The notes: a model not told the origin generated them from the letters alone. Shown: positions 19,512 to 31,073, numbered from the stretch's first letter. The stretch: 64,000 nt of DNA from an uncultured Planctomycetota bacterium (GCA_963737655.1 CAVTTN010000002.1:992001-1056000), one strand, 5' to 3'. Program-made: numbers and translations.

Positions 19512-20731
19512 TCAGCCCTCGATCAGGTCCCGGTAGAAGTCCAGCGTCCACCTCGCGATGCTCGTCCAGCTGAAGAACTGCTCGACCCGCTCCCGCGATC
19601 TCTGCCCCATCTGCCGGAGCCGCTCCGGGTCGTCGAGCAGCTGGTTGATCGCCGAGGCGAGGTCTCGCGAGAACCCGTCCGGGTCCTTCGGGTCGAGCTC
19701 GGCGTGCCCTTTCGGGGCGAACGGGACGAGCAGGCCGGTCTCTCCGGGGATCACCACCTCCTTGATCCCCCCCACCGCCGACGCCACCACCGGGGTCCCG
19801 CACGCCATCGCCTCCAGGTTGATGATCCCGAACGGCTCGTACACCGACGGGCACACGAACAGCGAGGCGTGCGTGTTCAGCGCGATGATCTCTTCCTTGG
19901 ACACGACCTTGGGGATCCAGACGATCGGGTTGGCCGTCTGGCGGCGGGCCGCCTCGACATGCTCGGCCATCTCCCGGCCGATCTCCTCGGTGTCGGGCGC
20001 CCGGCGCACAGGACGACCTGCACGCCCGGCCGGATGTGCTGGATGGCATCGACGAGGTAGATGATCCCCTTCTGCCGGGTGATCCGCCCGACGAACAGGA
20101 TGAAGGGCATCGCCGGGTCGATCCCGTGGCGAGTCAGGACCGACGGGTCCGTCGTCGGCCGGTACTGATCCAGGTCGATCCCATTGTGGATCACCCGCAC
20201 CTTCTTGTACGGAACTCCATACAGCATGTGGACATCTTCGCGCATCGCCTCGGAGACCGCCACCACGCCGTCGGCGTTCTCGTAGGCCGTCCGCTCGACC
20301 CACGAGCTGGCCCGATAGGCGGTGCCGAGCTGCTCGACCTTCCACGGCCGATGGGGCTCGAGCGAATGGGTGGTGAGGACGAGCTTCCCGCCGGTCAACT
20401 GCTTCGCCAGGCAGCCGGCGAATTGCGAATACCAGGTGTGGCAGTGGACGATGTCCACCCCGGAGAGCATGCCGGCCATCACGAGGTCCTTGAGCATCGT
20501 GCCCAGGAATTTCTCGTGGCGGGGGTCGGAGGCGGGCAGGGGGAACTTCGGGTCCACGCCCCGGACCGTGAGGTTCCCCTCGCGCACGTCCTGATCGCCG
20601 AAGCAGAGGACCTCGATCGAGTGGCGGCCGTCGTCCAGCTTCGCCAGCTCCCGGGTCAGGTACTCGACGTGGACCCCGGCCCCCCCATAGATGTGGGGCG
20701 GATATTCGTTGGTGAGGATGGCGATACGCAT
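19512..20731 (-). CDS. glgA: GT4 glycosyltransferase, GlgM / actinobacterial-type GlgA (maltose-1-phosphate synthase); frameshift near 20000
   Basis: MRIAILTNEYPPHIYGGAGVHVEYL, HCHTWY, TTHSLEPHRPWKVEQLG, FVGRITRQKG, CPSVYEPFGIINLEAMAC. Confidence 0.9.
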
Positions 20732-20822
20732 CGAGATCAGCTCGGCTCGGAGAGGATCGACCCGGGTCCGTCGGCCGCCGCCGATCTTGCCCGAACCGGA
20801 CGCCCCGGGCAAGACGGCCGAT

Positions 20823-23800
20823 TCAGCGGCCGTCCCCGGGGGGCCGCCACCGCAGGGCGATCACGGCCAGAGGCGGCAACGTCAGGTTGAGCGACTGCGG
20901 GTGGCCGTGGGCGGAGACCGGCACCGTGGAGGCCCCGCCGATGTTCCCCTGCCCGCTCCCGCCGTAGATCGGCGCGTCGCCGTTGAGGACCTCGGCCCAC
21001 CGGCCCCCCCTCGGCACGCCCACCCGGTAGTTCGCCCGGGGGACCGGCGTGAAGTTCGCCACGACCAGGACGATCGCCTCCGACGATCGACCCCGCCGGA
21101 TCAGGCTGATCACGCTCTGGGCCGAGTCGTTCGCGTCGATCCACGAGAACCCCGAGGGGTGGCAATCCAGCTCGTGGAGCGCCGGCTCCCCGCGATAAAG
21201 CGTGTTCAGATCCCGGACCCACCGGCGCAAGCCCGAGTGCATCGGGGACCCGAGGAGGTCCCAGTCGAGGCTCCCGTCGTGGTCCCACTCGCGCCCCTGG
21301 CCGAATTCGTCCCCCATGAACAGGAGCTTCTTGCCGGGCTCGGCGAACTGGAGGCCGATCAGGAGCCGCACGCTCGCGAACTTCTGCCAGTCGTCCCCGG
21401 GCATCTTCCCCAGGAGCGATCCCTTGCCGTGGACGACCTCGTCATGCGAGAGCGGCAGCACGAAATTCTCCGAGAATGCATAGATCCCCCGGAACGTGAG
21501 CCGATCGTGATGGTGGGCGCGGAACAGCGGGTCCTTGCTCATGTAATCGAGCGTGTCGTGCATCCAGCCCAGGTCCCACTTGAGGCTGAACCCGAGGCCG
21601 CCCACGTTCGTGGGCGCGAGACCATCGGCCACGCGGTCGATTCCTCGGCGATCGTCAGGACGCCCGGGAAGAGGGCGTGGACCCGGTCGTTCAGCCTCCG
21701 CAAGAACTGGACCGCGTCGAGGTTCTCGCGCCCGCCGAACTCGTTGGGCGACCACTCGCCGGGCTTCCGCGAGTAATCGAGGTAGAGCATCGACGCCACC
21801 GCGTCCACCCGGAGGCCGTCGATGTGATATCGGTCCATCCAGAACAGCGCGTTGCTGACGAGGAAGTTCGCGACCTGCGGCCTTCCGTAGTCGAATGTGT
21901 ACGTGTCCCAGTCCGGATGGACCCGGCGGAGCGGGTCCTCGGGCTCGAAGAGGTGGGTGCCGTCGAAGTCGCCCAGGCCGTGAGGGTCGCGAGGGAAATG
22001 GGCCGGGACCCAGTCCAGGATCACGCCGATCCCTCGTCGGTGGAGCGTATCGACCATCGCCGCGAAGTCGTCGGGCGTGCCGAACCGCGATGTCGGCGCG
22101 AAGAACCCGGTCGGCTGGTAGCCCCACGACCCATCGAACGGGTGCTCGGCCACCGGCAGCAGCTCGACGTGAGTGAACCCCATCTCGGCCGCATAATCGG
22201 CGAGCTTCGGCGCCATCTCGCGATAGGACAACCAGCGCCCTCCCTCTTCCGGGACGCGCATCCACGAGCCGAGATGGACCTCATAAATGGAGATCGGCGC
22301 ACCGAGGTCGTTGTTCCCGCGGCGGTGACCCATCCACTCGGAATCGCCCCAGGAGAACGCGGAGACCTCCCAGACGACCGACGCCGTCTCGGGCCGGAGC
22401 CTGGCGGCGAAGCCGAACGGGTCGGCCTTCTCGACCGTCGTGCCGTCGCCGGACACGATCGCATAGCGATACGCCGCTCCCTGGGTCACCCCGGGGACGA
22501 ACCCCTCCCAGATCCCGGACCGCCCCCGAGGGGTCAGCCGATGGGCGTCGGCCGACCAGCCGTTGAAGTCGCCGACGACCGAGACGGACCTCGCGTTGGG
22601 GGCCCAGACGGCGAAGGCCACCCCGCTCGCGCCGTCCTGATCGGCCCGATGCGCGCCCATCTTCTCATAAAGGCGATCGTGCGTCCCCTCGCCGAACAGG
22701 TGGAGGTCGAAGTCGCTGATCCGCGACGCCACGGCGATCGGCGGGGCCGGGACGGCGTCGCTCGGGGGAGCGGCTTCGCCCGAGGGCGGCGGCGTCCCGA
22801 CCTCGATCAGCCTCAGGACGCCCCTCAACGGGATGCCCACCCAGTCGGGACGATTGTTCAGTTCGTAAAGCAGCTCATACAACGCCTTGTCCAGCGTGAA
22901 CGCCTCGAGGAGGAGCGCGAAGTCGGCCGGATCGGCGGGGAGGAACGGGGCGCCGGAGGCGACCGCGAGGTATTCGCGGAGGAACGCGGCCGAAGTCCAG
23001 ACCTGCCAGAGCCTCGCCCACGGCCCCAGCCGCTCGAGCCGATCCGGCCGGTCCTTCGCGAAGGCGAACAGGGCGGCGAACGCGGCGTAGTCGAACGAAC
23101 GGAGCATCCCGACCACGTCCTTCGCCGGCGATTGCTTCTCCAGCCGGACGCCGAGCGGCTTGGCCGGCTCGCCCTCGAAATCCAGGATCACGAAGTCCTC
23201 GCCGGTGCGGAGGACCTGTCCCAGATGGTAATCGCCATGAACTCGCGTCTTCATCGCGAGGAGCGACGAGCCGGGCAGGCGATCGAGCGAGAGGACGAGC
23301 CCCGGGCCCCGGTCAGGACCGCCGTCGCCGGCTCGCGGAGCCGTTCCGGGAGCCGTTCGACGTGCTCTCGAAGGGCGAGCAAGGCCCGCTCGACCTGCTC
23401 GCGGATGTCGGCCGAGAGCCTGGCCAGGTCGTCGGCCGAGATCGGCTCGGGGGCGAACGCCGGGTCGTCCTCCAGAGACGCCAGGGCCCGATGCATCTCG
23501 GCCGTCCGTCGGCCCAGGACGCCCGCGGCCTGGAGATAGCCGCCGGCCAGCTTCTTCACCTCGGCCGGGGGCTCGGCGCCGGCCAGGTCCAGGGCCGATC
23601 GTCCCTCGGGGGCCGCCGGAGGCTCGATGCCGGGGCGGCGGTCGATCTCCTCGTAATACCCCTTGAGCTCGTGGAGGGCGTGGTCCCAGCCCGTCCCCTC
23701 GTTCTTGACGAGTTCCTGGAGGATGGCCAGGACGATCGGCTCTCCGCCGTCGTTCGGGGCGTATTCGAGCGACCCGGCGGGCCGGGGGAGGCGGTCGAAT

Positions 23801-24429
23801 GCGGTCTTCTCCGCCAGGGCCCGGCCGATCTCCAGGTCGGGGTTGGTCCCCGGTTCGAGGCGTCGAAAGATTTTCATGATGAGTCGATCGCCGAAGAGGA
23901 CGGCCGAATTGCTCTGCTCGGCCGACCCGCGAATCACGGGCAACGGTCGATCGACGGGCCCCCGGGCCTGGTCGAACGTCCGGGTGGGGACCCCGTGGAT
24001 CGAGCCGAATTGGGCCGGGAACGTCGCCCCGGTGCCGATCGCGTCGAGGATCGTCAGGCACGCCGCGGGCTCGGACAGGGCGTCGAAGACGACCCGGGTG
24101 CCATCGCCCGGCGAGATCACCCGGGCCGGCGCCTCGCGCGCGATCCGGGCCGCCTCGGCCCCCTCGGCCGTGCCGATCGGCACGGAGTAGAGGTCGGGCG
24201 GCCCGTCGCGATAGCGGACCTCGACCAGGGTCAGCCGGGTCGAGCCCGCGAACTCGCCCGAGACCTCCACGACTCGCGCCCCGGTCAATTCGCGGGCCTT
24301 GCCGGCGAACCATCGCTGCTTGCGGAGGAAGGCCGGGAGGTCACGCTCCAGCCCCGAACCAAGCTCCTCGGCCTTCGCCTCGAACACGCTCGCCATGCCG
24401 TCGGCCCCTCGCTCGTCGCCCGGGATCAC
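20823..24429 (-). CDS. glgB: Maltokinase (Mak/Pep2-like) fused to 1,4-alpha-glucan branching enzyme; frameshifts near 23300 and 21615
   Basis: [50 protein letters not shown] (maltokinase) read in frame into [51 protein letters not shown] (GH13 branching enzyme). Confidence 0.9.
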
Positions 24430-26447
24430 ATGTAATAATCAAAATCCCGCTCGGTCTTCACCCAGCGCCGGACCCGGAACACGTGGGCCGGGCAGGCCTG
24501 GGGGTCGAGCTGGACGAAGTTCGACTCGCCGTGCCAGAGGTAGCGGGCGTCGCTGATCAGGTCGTGGACCTGGAACGACTGCCCCGGCCCCGAGCCCAGC
24601 CCCAGCTCGTCCAGGGGCAGCCGGACCCAGCCGGATTGGACGTGGTACGGGTCGAGGCTGACCACCGAGATGAGGATGTTCGATCGATCGGGCGAGCTCT
24701 TGCCGAACGCGACGATCTGGTCGTTATCGACGTGGTAGAAGCGGAGGTTGCGGTCGAAATGGAGGGCCGGGTTCTCCCGGCGGATCGCGTTGATCCGGGC
24801 GATGAAGTCGCGGAGCGTGCCGGGTTGGTCGAGGTCCCAGTGGCGGACCTGATACTTCTCCGAATCGAGATATTCTTCCGAGCCCGGCCTCCACGGCGTC
24901 CCCACGCACAGCTCGAACGGCGGGCCGTAGATGCCATAGGTCGCCCCGAGCATCGCCGCCAGGACCAGCCGGATCTGGAACGCCGGACGCCCGCCGACCT
25001 GGAGGAACTCGTGGAGGATGTCCGGCGTGTTGGCGAACAGGTTCGGCCTCATGTACTCCGCGGCATCGGTCTGCGTGAGCTCGGTGAAGTATTCGATCAG
25101 CGGCCACTTCGTATTCCGCCACGTGAAATAGCTATACGACTGCGGATATCCCCCCTTGGCCAGCCGGTGCATGATCTTCGGCCGGGTGAACGCCTCGGCG
25201 AGGAAGATCGTCTCGGGGTGGCGGTCCCAGACCTCGCGGATCGTCCAGTCCCAGAACCGGAACGGCTTGGTGTGCGGGTTGTCGACGCGGAAGATCGTCA
25301 CCCCGTGGCCGATCCAGAAGAGGAACACGTCGCGGAGCTCGGCGTACAGGGCCTCCCAGTCGTCGGTCTCGAAGTCGATGGGATAGATGTCCTGATATTT
25401 CTTCGGGGGGTTCTCGGCATATTTAATCGTGCCGTCGGGCCGATGCCGGAACCACTGGGGATGCTCCTTCACGTAGGGATGATCGGGCGAGCACTGGAAG
25501 GCGATGTCCAGCGCGATCTCGATGTTCAGCTTCCGGGCCGCCTCGACCAGGTGGTCGAAATCCGCCATCGTGCCGAGGTCGGGGTTGACCGACTTGTGGC
25601 CCCCCTCGGGCCCGCCGATGGCCCAGGGGCTGCCGGGGTCGCCGGGGCCGGGCGTCAGCGTGTTGTTCGGCCCCTTGCGATAGGCCCGGCCGATCGGGTG
25701 GATCGGCGGCAGATAGAGGACGTCGAACCCCATGCCCGCGACGTACGGCAGGCGGGCCTCGGTGTCCCGGAACGTCCCGTGGCGCCCGGGCTCGGCGGCC
25801 GCGGACCTCGGGAACATCTCGTACCAGGCGCCGTACCTCGCCCGTTCGCGCTCGACCATCACGCCGAGGGCCCGATCGTAGGAACTGCCCCGCGAGCGAT
25901 CCGGGTGGCGGTCCATGATCGCCGAGAGCTCGGGGTCGAGCGCCGCCGCGATCCTCGGCCCCTGGTCGCCCGGGGAGGCGAGTTCCTCGGCCTTCCTGAG
26001 GAGCCAATCGGCGTCGGCCCCCGAGGCCCTCGCCGAGCCCTCGCGGACGTGCTGGGCCCCTTCGAGGAGCTCGCTGGAGACGTCCTGACCGGCCTCGGCC
26101 TTCTTCGCCAGCTCCTTCCGCCACGACTCGAACCGATCGATCCACGCCTCGACCGTGTACTCCATCCGGCCCGGACCCTCGGCCACGAACTTGCCGCTCC
26201 AGCGGTCGTTCCCTTGCGCCGTCATCGGCGATTCGGACCAGGCCGACGCGTCGAGCGTCCGCGACTTCACCACGGCGGCGAGCACGTCGTGGCCATCGGC
26301 GAAGATGTCGGCCGAGACGGTCACGTCCTCGCCCACGGTCCTCTTGATAGGAAACCGTCCGCCGTCGATCTCCGGTTTCAGGCCCTCGACGATCACCCGG
26401 GACGGGGCGATCGTCCTCGTCTTCGCGACGTTCTCAGCGGTCCCCAT
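24426..26447 (-). CDS. glgE: Alpha-1,4-glucan:maltose-1-phosphate maltosyltransferase
   Basis: WYEMFPRS, YLPPIHPIG, FQCSPDHP, YAENPPKKYQDIYP, FRVDNPHTKP, FLAEAFTRP, NTPDIL, SEKYQ. Confidence 0.95.
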   Translation of the reverse strand: MGTAENVAKTRTIAPSRVIVEGLKPEIDGGRFPIKRTVGEDVTVSADIFADGHDVLAAVVKSRTLDASAWSESPMTAQGNDRWSGKFVAEGPGRMEYTVEAWIDRFESWRKELAKKAEAGQDVSSELLEGAQHVREGSARASGADADWLLRKAEELASPGDQGPRIAAALDPELSAIMDRHPDRSRGSSYDRALGVMVERERARYGAWYEMFPRSAAAEPGRHGTFRDTEARLPYVAGMGFDVLYLPPIHPIGRAYRKGPNNTLTPGPGDPGSPWAIGGPEGGHKSVNPDLGTMADFDHLVEAARKLNIEIALDIAFQCSPDHPYVKEHPQWFRHRPDGTIKYAENPPKKYQDIYPIDFETDDWEALYAELRDVFLFWIGHGVTIFRVDNPHTKPFRFWDWTIREVWDRHPETIFLAEAFTRPKIMHRLAKGGYPQSYSYFTWRNTKWPLIEYFTELTQTDAAEYMRPNLFANTPDILHEFLQVGGRPAFQIRLVLAAMLGATYGIYGPPFELCVGTPWRPGSEEYLDSEKYQVRHWDLDQPGTLRDFIARINAIRRENPALHFDRNLRFYHVDNDQIVAFGKSSPDRSNILISVVSLDPYHVQSGWVRLPLDELGLGSGPGQSFQVHDLISDARYLWHGESNFVQLDPQACPAHVFRVRRWVKTERDFDYYM

Positions 26448-27318
26448 GACAGGCGGCCCCCTTCGGCGGCGATTCAATTCCGTCCGGCCCGGTCCGACCC
26501 GGGCAATCTATCCGATCGGCCGGTGCCGAGAACAGGCCGAGCAGGCCGTCCCGGGCCCGATCCAGGAGCGATGGCGGGTCGGGCCACTGCTCGAGGACCA
26601 CCGAACCGCGAAACCCCCGCGAGCGAAGCCCCGCGACGAGCCGCACCAATCGCGACGGATCGGCGCCGAGAGGTCCCGAGAACAACGTCAGGTGGCTGTC
26701 GCGGTCGCCGAGGTTCTCGTGGGCGTGGACGTGGACGATCGGCACGTGAGGGCCCAGCCGATCGAGGTACGCCGGGAAGTCGCCCCGGGTCTCCGGGAAC
26801 AGATTCGCGTGGCCGATGTCCAGGCACATCCCGACGACCCCCGGGGGCCATCCGAAATCTTCCCGGAACAGCCGATCGAAGACCTCGGGGCCATCCGGCG
26901 GATTGTTCTCGATCGCCAGAATCAGCCCGACCTCCGCGCATCGCCGGGCCAGGGGCGCGACGCTCTCGGCATAGGCGTCCGGGGGAACGGTCCGGGTGAA
27001 ATGGACGTTCAGCAACCTCGCGCCGAGGTCGACGGCCAGGCGAAATCCGTCCTCGACGCCCTCGGGACGGGCCGGGTCGGAGGGCAGGGGGGCATGGACG
27101 GACAGGGTCATCCCGCGATCTTCCGCGATCCGGCGGATCTCCGCTCGACGGGCGGAATCCAGGTCGGCGGCCCGCCAGCCCCGGCCGTTCGGGCGGCGGT
27201 CGGGGAACCACTCGAAGGCGTCAAAACCGCGAGAAACGGCGTACTCGAACGGCGCCAGGATCGGCTCGGCCCGATACGACGTCTGATTGCCGATCCGAAC
27301 GCGGTCGCCGATCTCCAT
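26434..27318 (-). CDS. Sugar phosphate isomerase/epimerase (xylose isomerase-like TIM barrel)
   Basis: GFDAFEW, LSVHAP, LAIEN, CLDIGHANL, HVHAHENLGDRDSHL, VVLEQW. The exact 3' end is uncertain. Confidence 0.85.
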   Translation of the reverse strand: MEIGDRVRIGNQTSYRAEPILAPFEYAVSRGFDAFEWFPDRRPNGRGWRAADLDSARRAEIRRIAEDRGMTLSVHAPLPSDPARPEGVEDGFRLAVDLGARLLNVHFTRTVPPDAYAESVAPLARRCAEVGLILAIENNPPDGPEVFDRLFREDFGWPPGVVGMCLDIGHANLFPETRGDFPAYLDRLGPHVPIVHVHAHENLGDRDSHLTLFSGPLGADPSRLVRLVAGLRSRGFRGSVVLEQWPDPPSLLDRARDGLLGLFSAPADRIDCPGRTGPDGIESPPKGAACHGDR

Positions 27319-27402
27319 CCACGCCTCCCGGAAACTCCCCGCAACTGCACGCATCTCCTGGGCCATTTGGGATTGGGCGGGATAGAACCGCCCGGAGGGG
27401 AG

Positions 27403-27628
27403 GGGAGATGAACCGCCAAGACGCCAAGGCCGCCAAGGGCAGAGAAGAGGAAGAGGAGAACGAGTCGGAGAGGGAGAGGATCGAAACGCAGATGACGCAG
27501 ATGACGCAGATTTAAGAATGTAATTGAGTTTCAAATCTGCGTCATCTGCGTCATCTGCGTTTCGATCCTCTCCCTCTCTCCCTCTCCTCTGCCCTTGGCG
27601 ATCTTGGCGTCTTGGCGGTTCATCTCCC
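27403..27628. repeat. Nested long palindromic element made of triplicated short units
   Basis: Outer arms AACCGCCAAG-ACGCCAAG-GCCGCCAAG / CTTGGCG x3; inner arms AAACGCAGAT-GACGCAGAT-GACGCAGATTT / AAATCTGCG-TCATCTGCG-TCATCTGCGTTT; purine and pyrimidine tracts pair; AT-rich loop. Confidence 0.85.
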
Positions 27629-27644
27629 ACTTCCCTGGGCACGT

Positions 27645-28676
27645 TCAATCCCCCGCCTGCCGCCCCAAAATCCGGTCCAGGGCGTCGGAGGTCTGATCGA
27701 TCAGGGCCTCGGGGTAGTGGCGGAACGGGTGGAAGTATTCGAACGTGACGTAGCCGCGATAACCGATCGCGTCCAGCGCCGCCGTCACCGAGGGCCAGTC
27801 GGTCGAGCCGTCGAGCAGGGGGCGGAAGCTTTCGAGCGAGTGGTCGGTGCCCTTCCTGGTCCACTCCTTGAAGTGGATGTTGCGAATCCTCTTGCCGAGG
27901 AGGGGGATCCAGTGCTCGGGGGACTGGTATTCCATGATGTTGCCGGTGTCGAAGTGGACGCCCACGGAGTCGTCGCCAAACCCATCGACGAACGCGGCCA
28001 TCTCCGCCGGGCTCAGCAGGAACCCGTTGAAAAAGATGTTCTCCAGGTTCAGCGAGACGCCCTTGGACTTCGCCAGGGGGATCATCTTCGCGATCGCCTC
28101 GCGGGCCCGGCGGTCGCAGACGTCGTTGGGGACCGGAGAATGGTCGGCCCTCCAGGGGATCGTCACCGCTCCGGGGACCACCAGCAAGTTCGAGGTCCCG
28201 AGCTCGTGGGCCGCCTCGATCATGGCCGAGCCCAGCTCCAGGCCGCGGGAGCGCCTGGCGGGGTCGTTGTCCGTGAGCGAATAAGGCCAGTACAGGAAGG
28301 AGCAGACGCCGCTGATCGCGATGCCGATCTCCTCGGCCTTCGCCCGGATCGCCCGGTAATGCGCGGCGTCTCGCTTCGGGGAGAGGTCGTTCTCCAGGTC
28401 GTAATTCAGCTCGATCCCGTCGAACCCGGCCCGTTTCGCCAGCCGGAGGCATTCTTCCAGGTTCATCCGTTCGGGATACGGAAACGCCCACAAATTGATC
28501 GATTTCTTCATGTCGTACCGGCGAGGGGACGCGCGGCGATCGTCCGCCGGGGAGGGCGAGGCCGAGGCCGAGGCCGCGGCGGGAGTGGCCGCCGCCAGCA
28601 GCGCGCCTCCGGCGAGCGAGGCCCTGAAGGCGTCTCGGCGGGTCAGCGAGTCGCGTCCGAACGGGTCGATCGGCAT
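27645..28676 (-). CDS. Tat-signal sugar phosphate isomerase/epimerase
   Basis: LTRRDAFRASLAGGALLAA twin-arginine signal; GFDGIELN, LNLENIF, VHFDTGN, IHFKEW, VTFEYF. Confidence 0.88.
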   Translation of the reverse strand: MPIDPFGRDSLTRRDAFRASLAGGALLAAATPAAASASASPSPADDRRASPRRYDMKKSINLWAFPYPERMNLEECLRLAKRAGFDGIELNYDLENDLSPKRDAAHYRAIRAKAEEIGIAISGVCSFLYWPYSLTDNDPARRSRGLELGSAMIEAAHELGTSNLLVVPGAVTIPWRADHSPVPNDVCDRRAREAIAKMIPLAKSKGVSLNLENIFFNGFLLSPAEMAAFVDGFGDDSVGVHFDTGNIMEYQSPEHWIPLLGKRIRNIHFKEWTRKGTDHSLESFRPLLDGSTDWPSVTAALDAIGYRGYVTFEYFHPFRHYPEALIDQTSDALDRILGRQAGD

Positions 28677-28765
28677 CGGCGGAGGCTCCATCGGGTCGGG
28701 GGTTCCCCGCATCGTAGGGCGAGACGGCCCCGGAGTCGAGGCGCCAGGGGAGCGGGCCCCTCGGC

Positions 28766-29495
28766 TCATCCGTCCGCCCGCAAATCGGCCACGAATGCCC
28801 CGGGCGCGAGGTCGTCCACGACCAGCCTCGCCAGGTCGAGCCACGGGCCGCAGCGGTCGAGCACGCCCGAATCCGCCGAGGCGATCGCCCCGGGGCCCGG
28901 ATCGATCAGGACCCGGTCGGGATCGGGCACCACCTCGGCCGTCCACGGCCAGCCCCGAGAGGCACCGAGGGCCTCGATGATCCCCTTGAGCCTGCCGCTG
29001 TTGGAGACCGGGGCGTCGAGAAGCCAGGCGCACGGGCCGATGGCGCGATCGGCCAGCCATCGCCCGAACATCTCCAGGGCGGGGGCGGTCTCCTCGACCC
29101 GGCGATACGTCCCGTGGACGCCCATCAGGTCGCGGGCGCATCCGTCCCGGCCGATCAGGACCACGCCTCCGCCCAGGGCCGCCTCGACCGTCAAGAGGGC
29201 GTTGAACCCGTCGATCCGCAGCGGGAGGCCGCGGAGCGACTCGGGATCGGCCCGGCGGGCCCGGCGATCGGCGAGGCTCCGGTCGGTGCAGGACGACCGG
29301 CGGACGGCCATCCTCTGCCGATCGACGAGCGAATGGCGGTCCCCCACGATCTTCAGCGACGAGGGGCTCGGCATAGCCCCGGCCCAGGAGCCAGGAGAGG
29401 TCCGCCACGGCCGATCGCAGGGCCGGCAGGGCCTCCGGCCCGAAGAGACGGGCATCCTCGGGGCCGGCGCCTCGGTGGGACCGGGAATCGGGCAC
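28766..29495 (-). CDS. DUF434-like protein (frameshift near 29370)
   Basis: VPDSRSHRGAGPEDARLF...DLSWLLGRGY joined to SLKIVGDRH, IDGFNALLTVE, GRDGCARDL, LDAPVSNSGRL, ASADSGVLD. Confidence 0.75.
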
Positions 29496-29578
29496 GGGAC
29501 ACCTCTCGCGAACCGGGCCATCGGGATGGCATAGTAGCCGATCGGACCCGATTCCGCCCGTTTTTCGGAGACCCACCG

Positions 29579-30268
29579 ATGGCCACCCGAATCCAGTGGC
29601 TCGGCCACTCCTGCCTCCTGATCGAGAGCGACGGCCACAAGGTCCTGATCGACCCGTTCCTGACGGATAACCCCTCGGCGGCGACGACCGCGAAGGACGT
29701 CGAGGCCGACACGATCGTCATCTCCCACGGCCATTCCGACCACGTGGGCGACGCCGTGGCCATCGCCGCGAGGACCGGCGCCACCGTCGTCGCCAACTAC
29801 GAGATCGCCCAGTGGCTGATCAAGCAGGGCCTGGAGCACGTCCACGGGATGCAGCACGGGGGCGGCCACGGCTTCCCGTTCGGCCGGCTCAAGCTCACGA
29901 TCGCCTTCCACGGATCGGTGCTGCCCGACGGCACGTATGGCGGGAATCCCTGCGGCCTCTATTTCCGAATGAAGGACGGGACGACGATCTACGACGCCGC
30001 CGACACCGCCCTGTTCGGCGACATGAGGCTGATCGGCGAGGAAGGCATCGACCTGGCCATCCTCCCCATCGGCGATAATTTCACCATGGGCCCCGACGAC
30101 GCCCTCCGCGCCGTGAAGCTGCTCATGCCGAGGCGGGTGATGCCGATCCACTACAACACCTGGCCCCTGCTGAATCAGGACGCCAAGGCCTGGGCGGCCC
30201 GGGTCAAGGCCGAGACGGGCGTGGATGGGATCGTGCCGGGCCCCGGGGAATGGGTCGAGCTTTCCTGA
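29579..30268 (+). CDS. Metal-dependent hydrolase, metallo-beta-lactamase fold (UPF0173-like)
   Basis: IQWLGHSC, LIDPFL, SHGHSDHVGD, AFHGS, ILPIGDNFTMGP, PIHYNTWP. Confidence 0.92.
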   Translation: MATRIQWLGHSCLLIESDGHKVLIDPFLTDNPSAATTAKDVEADTIVISHGHSDHVGDAVAIAARTGATVVANYEIAQWLIKQGLEHVHGMQHGGGHGFPFGRLKLTIAFHGSVLPDGTYGGNPCGLYFRMKDGTTIYDAADTALFGDMRLIGEEGIDLAILPIGDNFTMGPDDALRAVKLLMPRRVMPIHYNTWPLLNQDAKAWAARVKAETGVDGIVPGPGEWVELS

Positions 30269-30293
30269 GATCCATCCACGCGCACTCTTGCCA

Positions 30294-31061
30294 TCACGGG
30301 ACGATCTTCGCGATGACCTGGCGCTCGCGGACGACCTCGCCCTCGGCGATCTGGGGGGCGTTGGGCCTGTCCTCATCCGGGCCGGAGTAGAGGATCATCC
30401 CGTCGATGGGCGCCTTGATCTTGCATTTGGCGATCTGTTCGCGGAGCTTCTTCTCGCGAGCCTGGGCCAGGAGCAAGGCGGCCTTGGCGGCGAGCTCGAC
30501 GGCCTTCGCCTGGTCGAGATCGGACTCGAACGCCCGGACCCGCTTCGGCCCGTCCACCTCCTTCAACACCTTGGCCGTCTCCTTCGCCTTCTTCAGGGCG
30601 ACCTCGGCGCGGGTCTTCACCGCCCCGGCCTTCTTCATCCCGGCGGGGTGCTTCGATTCCTTCGCGTCCTTGGACGCCTTGTCGGCCTCGGCCAGAGCGA
30701 TCTCGGCCAGGCGGACGTTGCCCTCGGCCACCTTCACCGATTCGGCGATCGAGGCCTTCTCGGCCGCGACGAACACCTCGGCCGTGGCGCGTTCGGTCTC
30801 GGCATTCTCGGCCTCGGCCTCGAACCGCTTCAACTCCAGCTCCTGGTCGAGCGAGCGATCGCGCAGGGCGGCCGAATCGAGCTCGCAGACCATGTCCCCC
30901 TTCTTCACCCGGCTCCCCTCGGGGGCGAGGAAGAGGATCGTCACCTGCCCCTCGACGTCGCTGGAGATCACCGCGGGCTTCGGCCCCTTCGCGACCGGCT
31001 TCGCCCCCGGATCCTGCCCCGAACCCAGCATCAGGCCAGAGACGATCGCCAGAGCGAACAT
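30294..31061 (-). CDS. Stand-alone HlyD/MFP-like secreted protein
   Basis: Signal-like N-terminus; PEGSRVKKGDMVCELD, coiled coil, CKIKAPIDGMILY, EGEVVRERQVI (lipoyl-hairpin halves). Confidence 0.75.
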   Translation of the reverse strand: MFALAIVSGLMLGSGQDPGAKPVAKGPKPAVISSDVEGQVTILFLAPEGSRVKKGDMVCELDSAALRDRSLDQELELKRFEAEAENAETERATAEVFVAAEKASIAESVKVAEGNVRLAEIALAEADKASKDAKESKHPAGMKKAGAVKTRAEVALKKAKETAKVLKEVDGPKRVRAFESDLDQAKAVELAAKAALLLAQAREKKLREQIAKCKIKAPIDGMILYSGPDEDRPNAPQIAEGEVVRERQVIAKIVP

Positions 31062-31073
31062 GGCCAAACCTCC

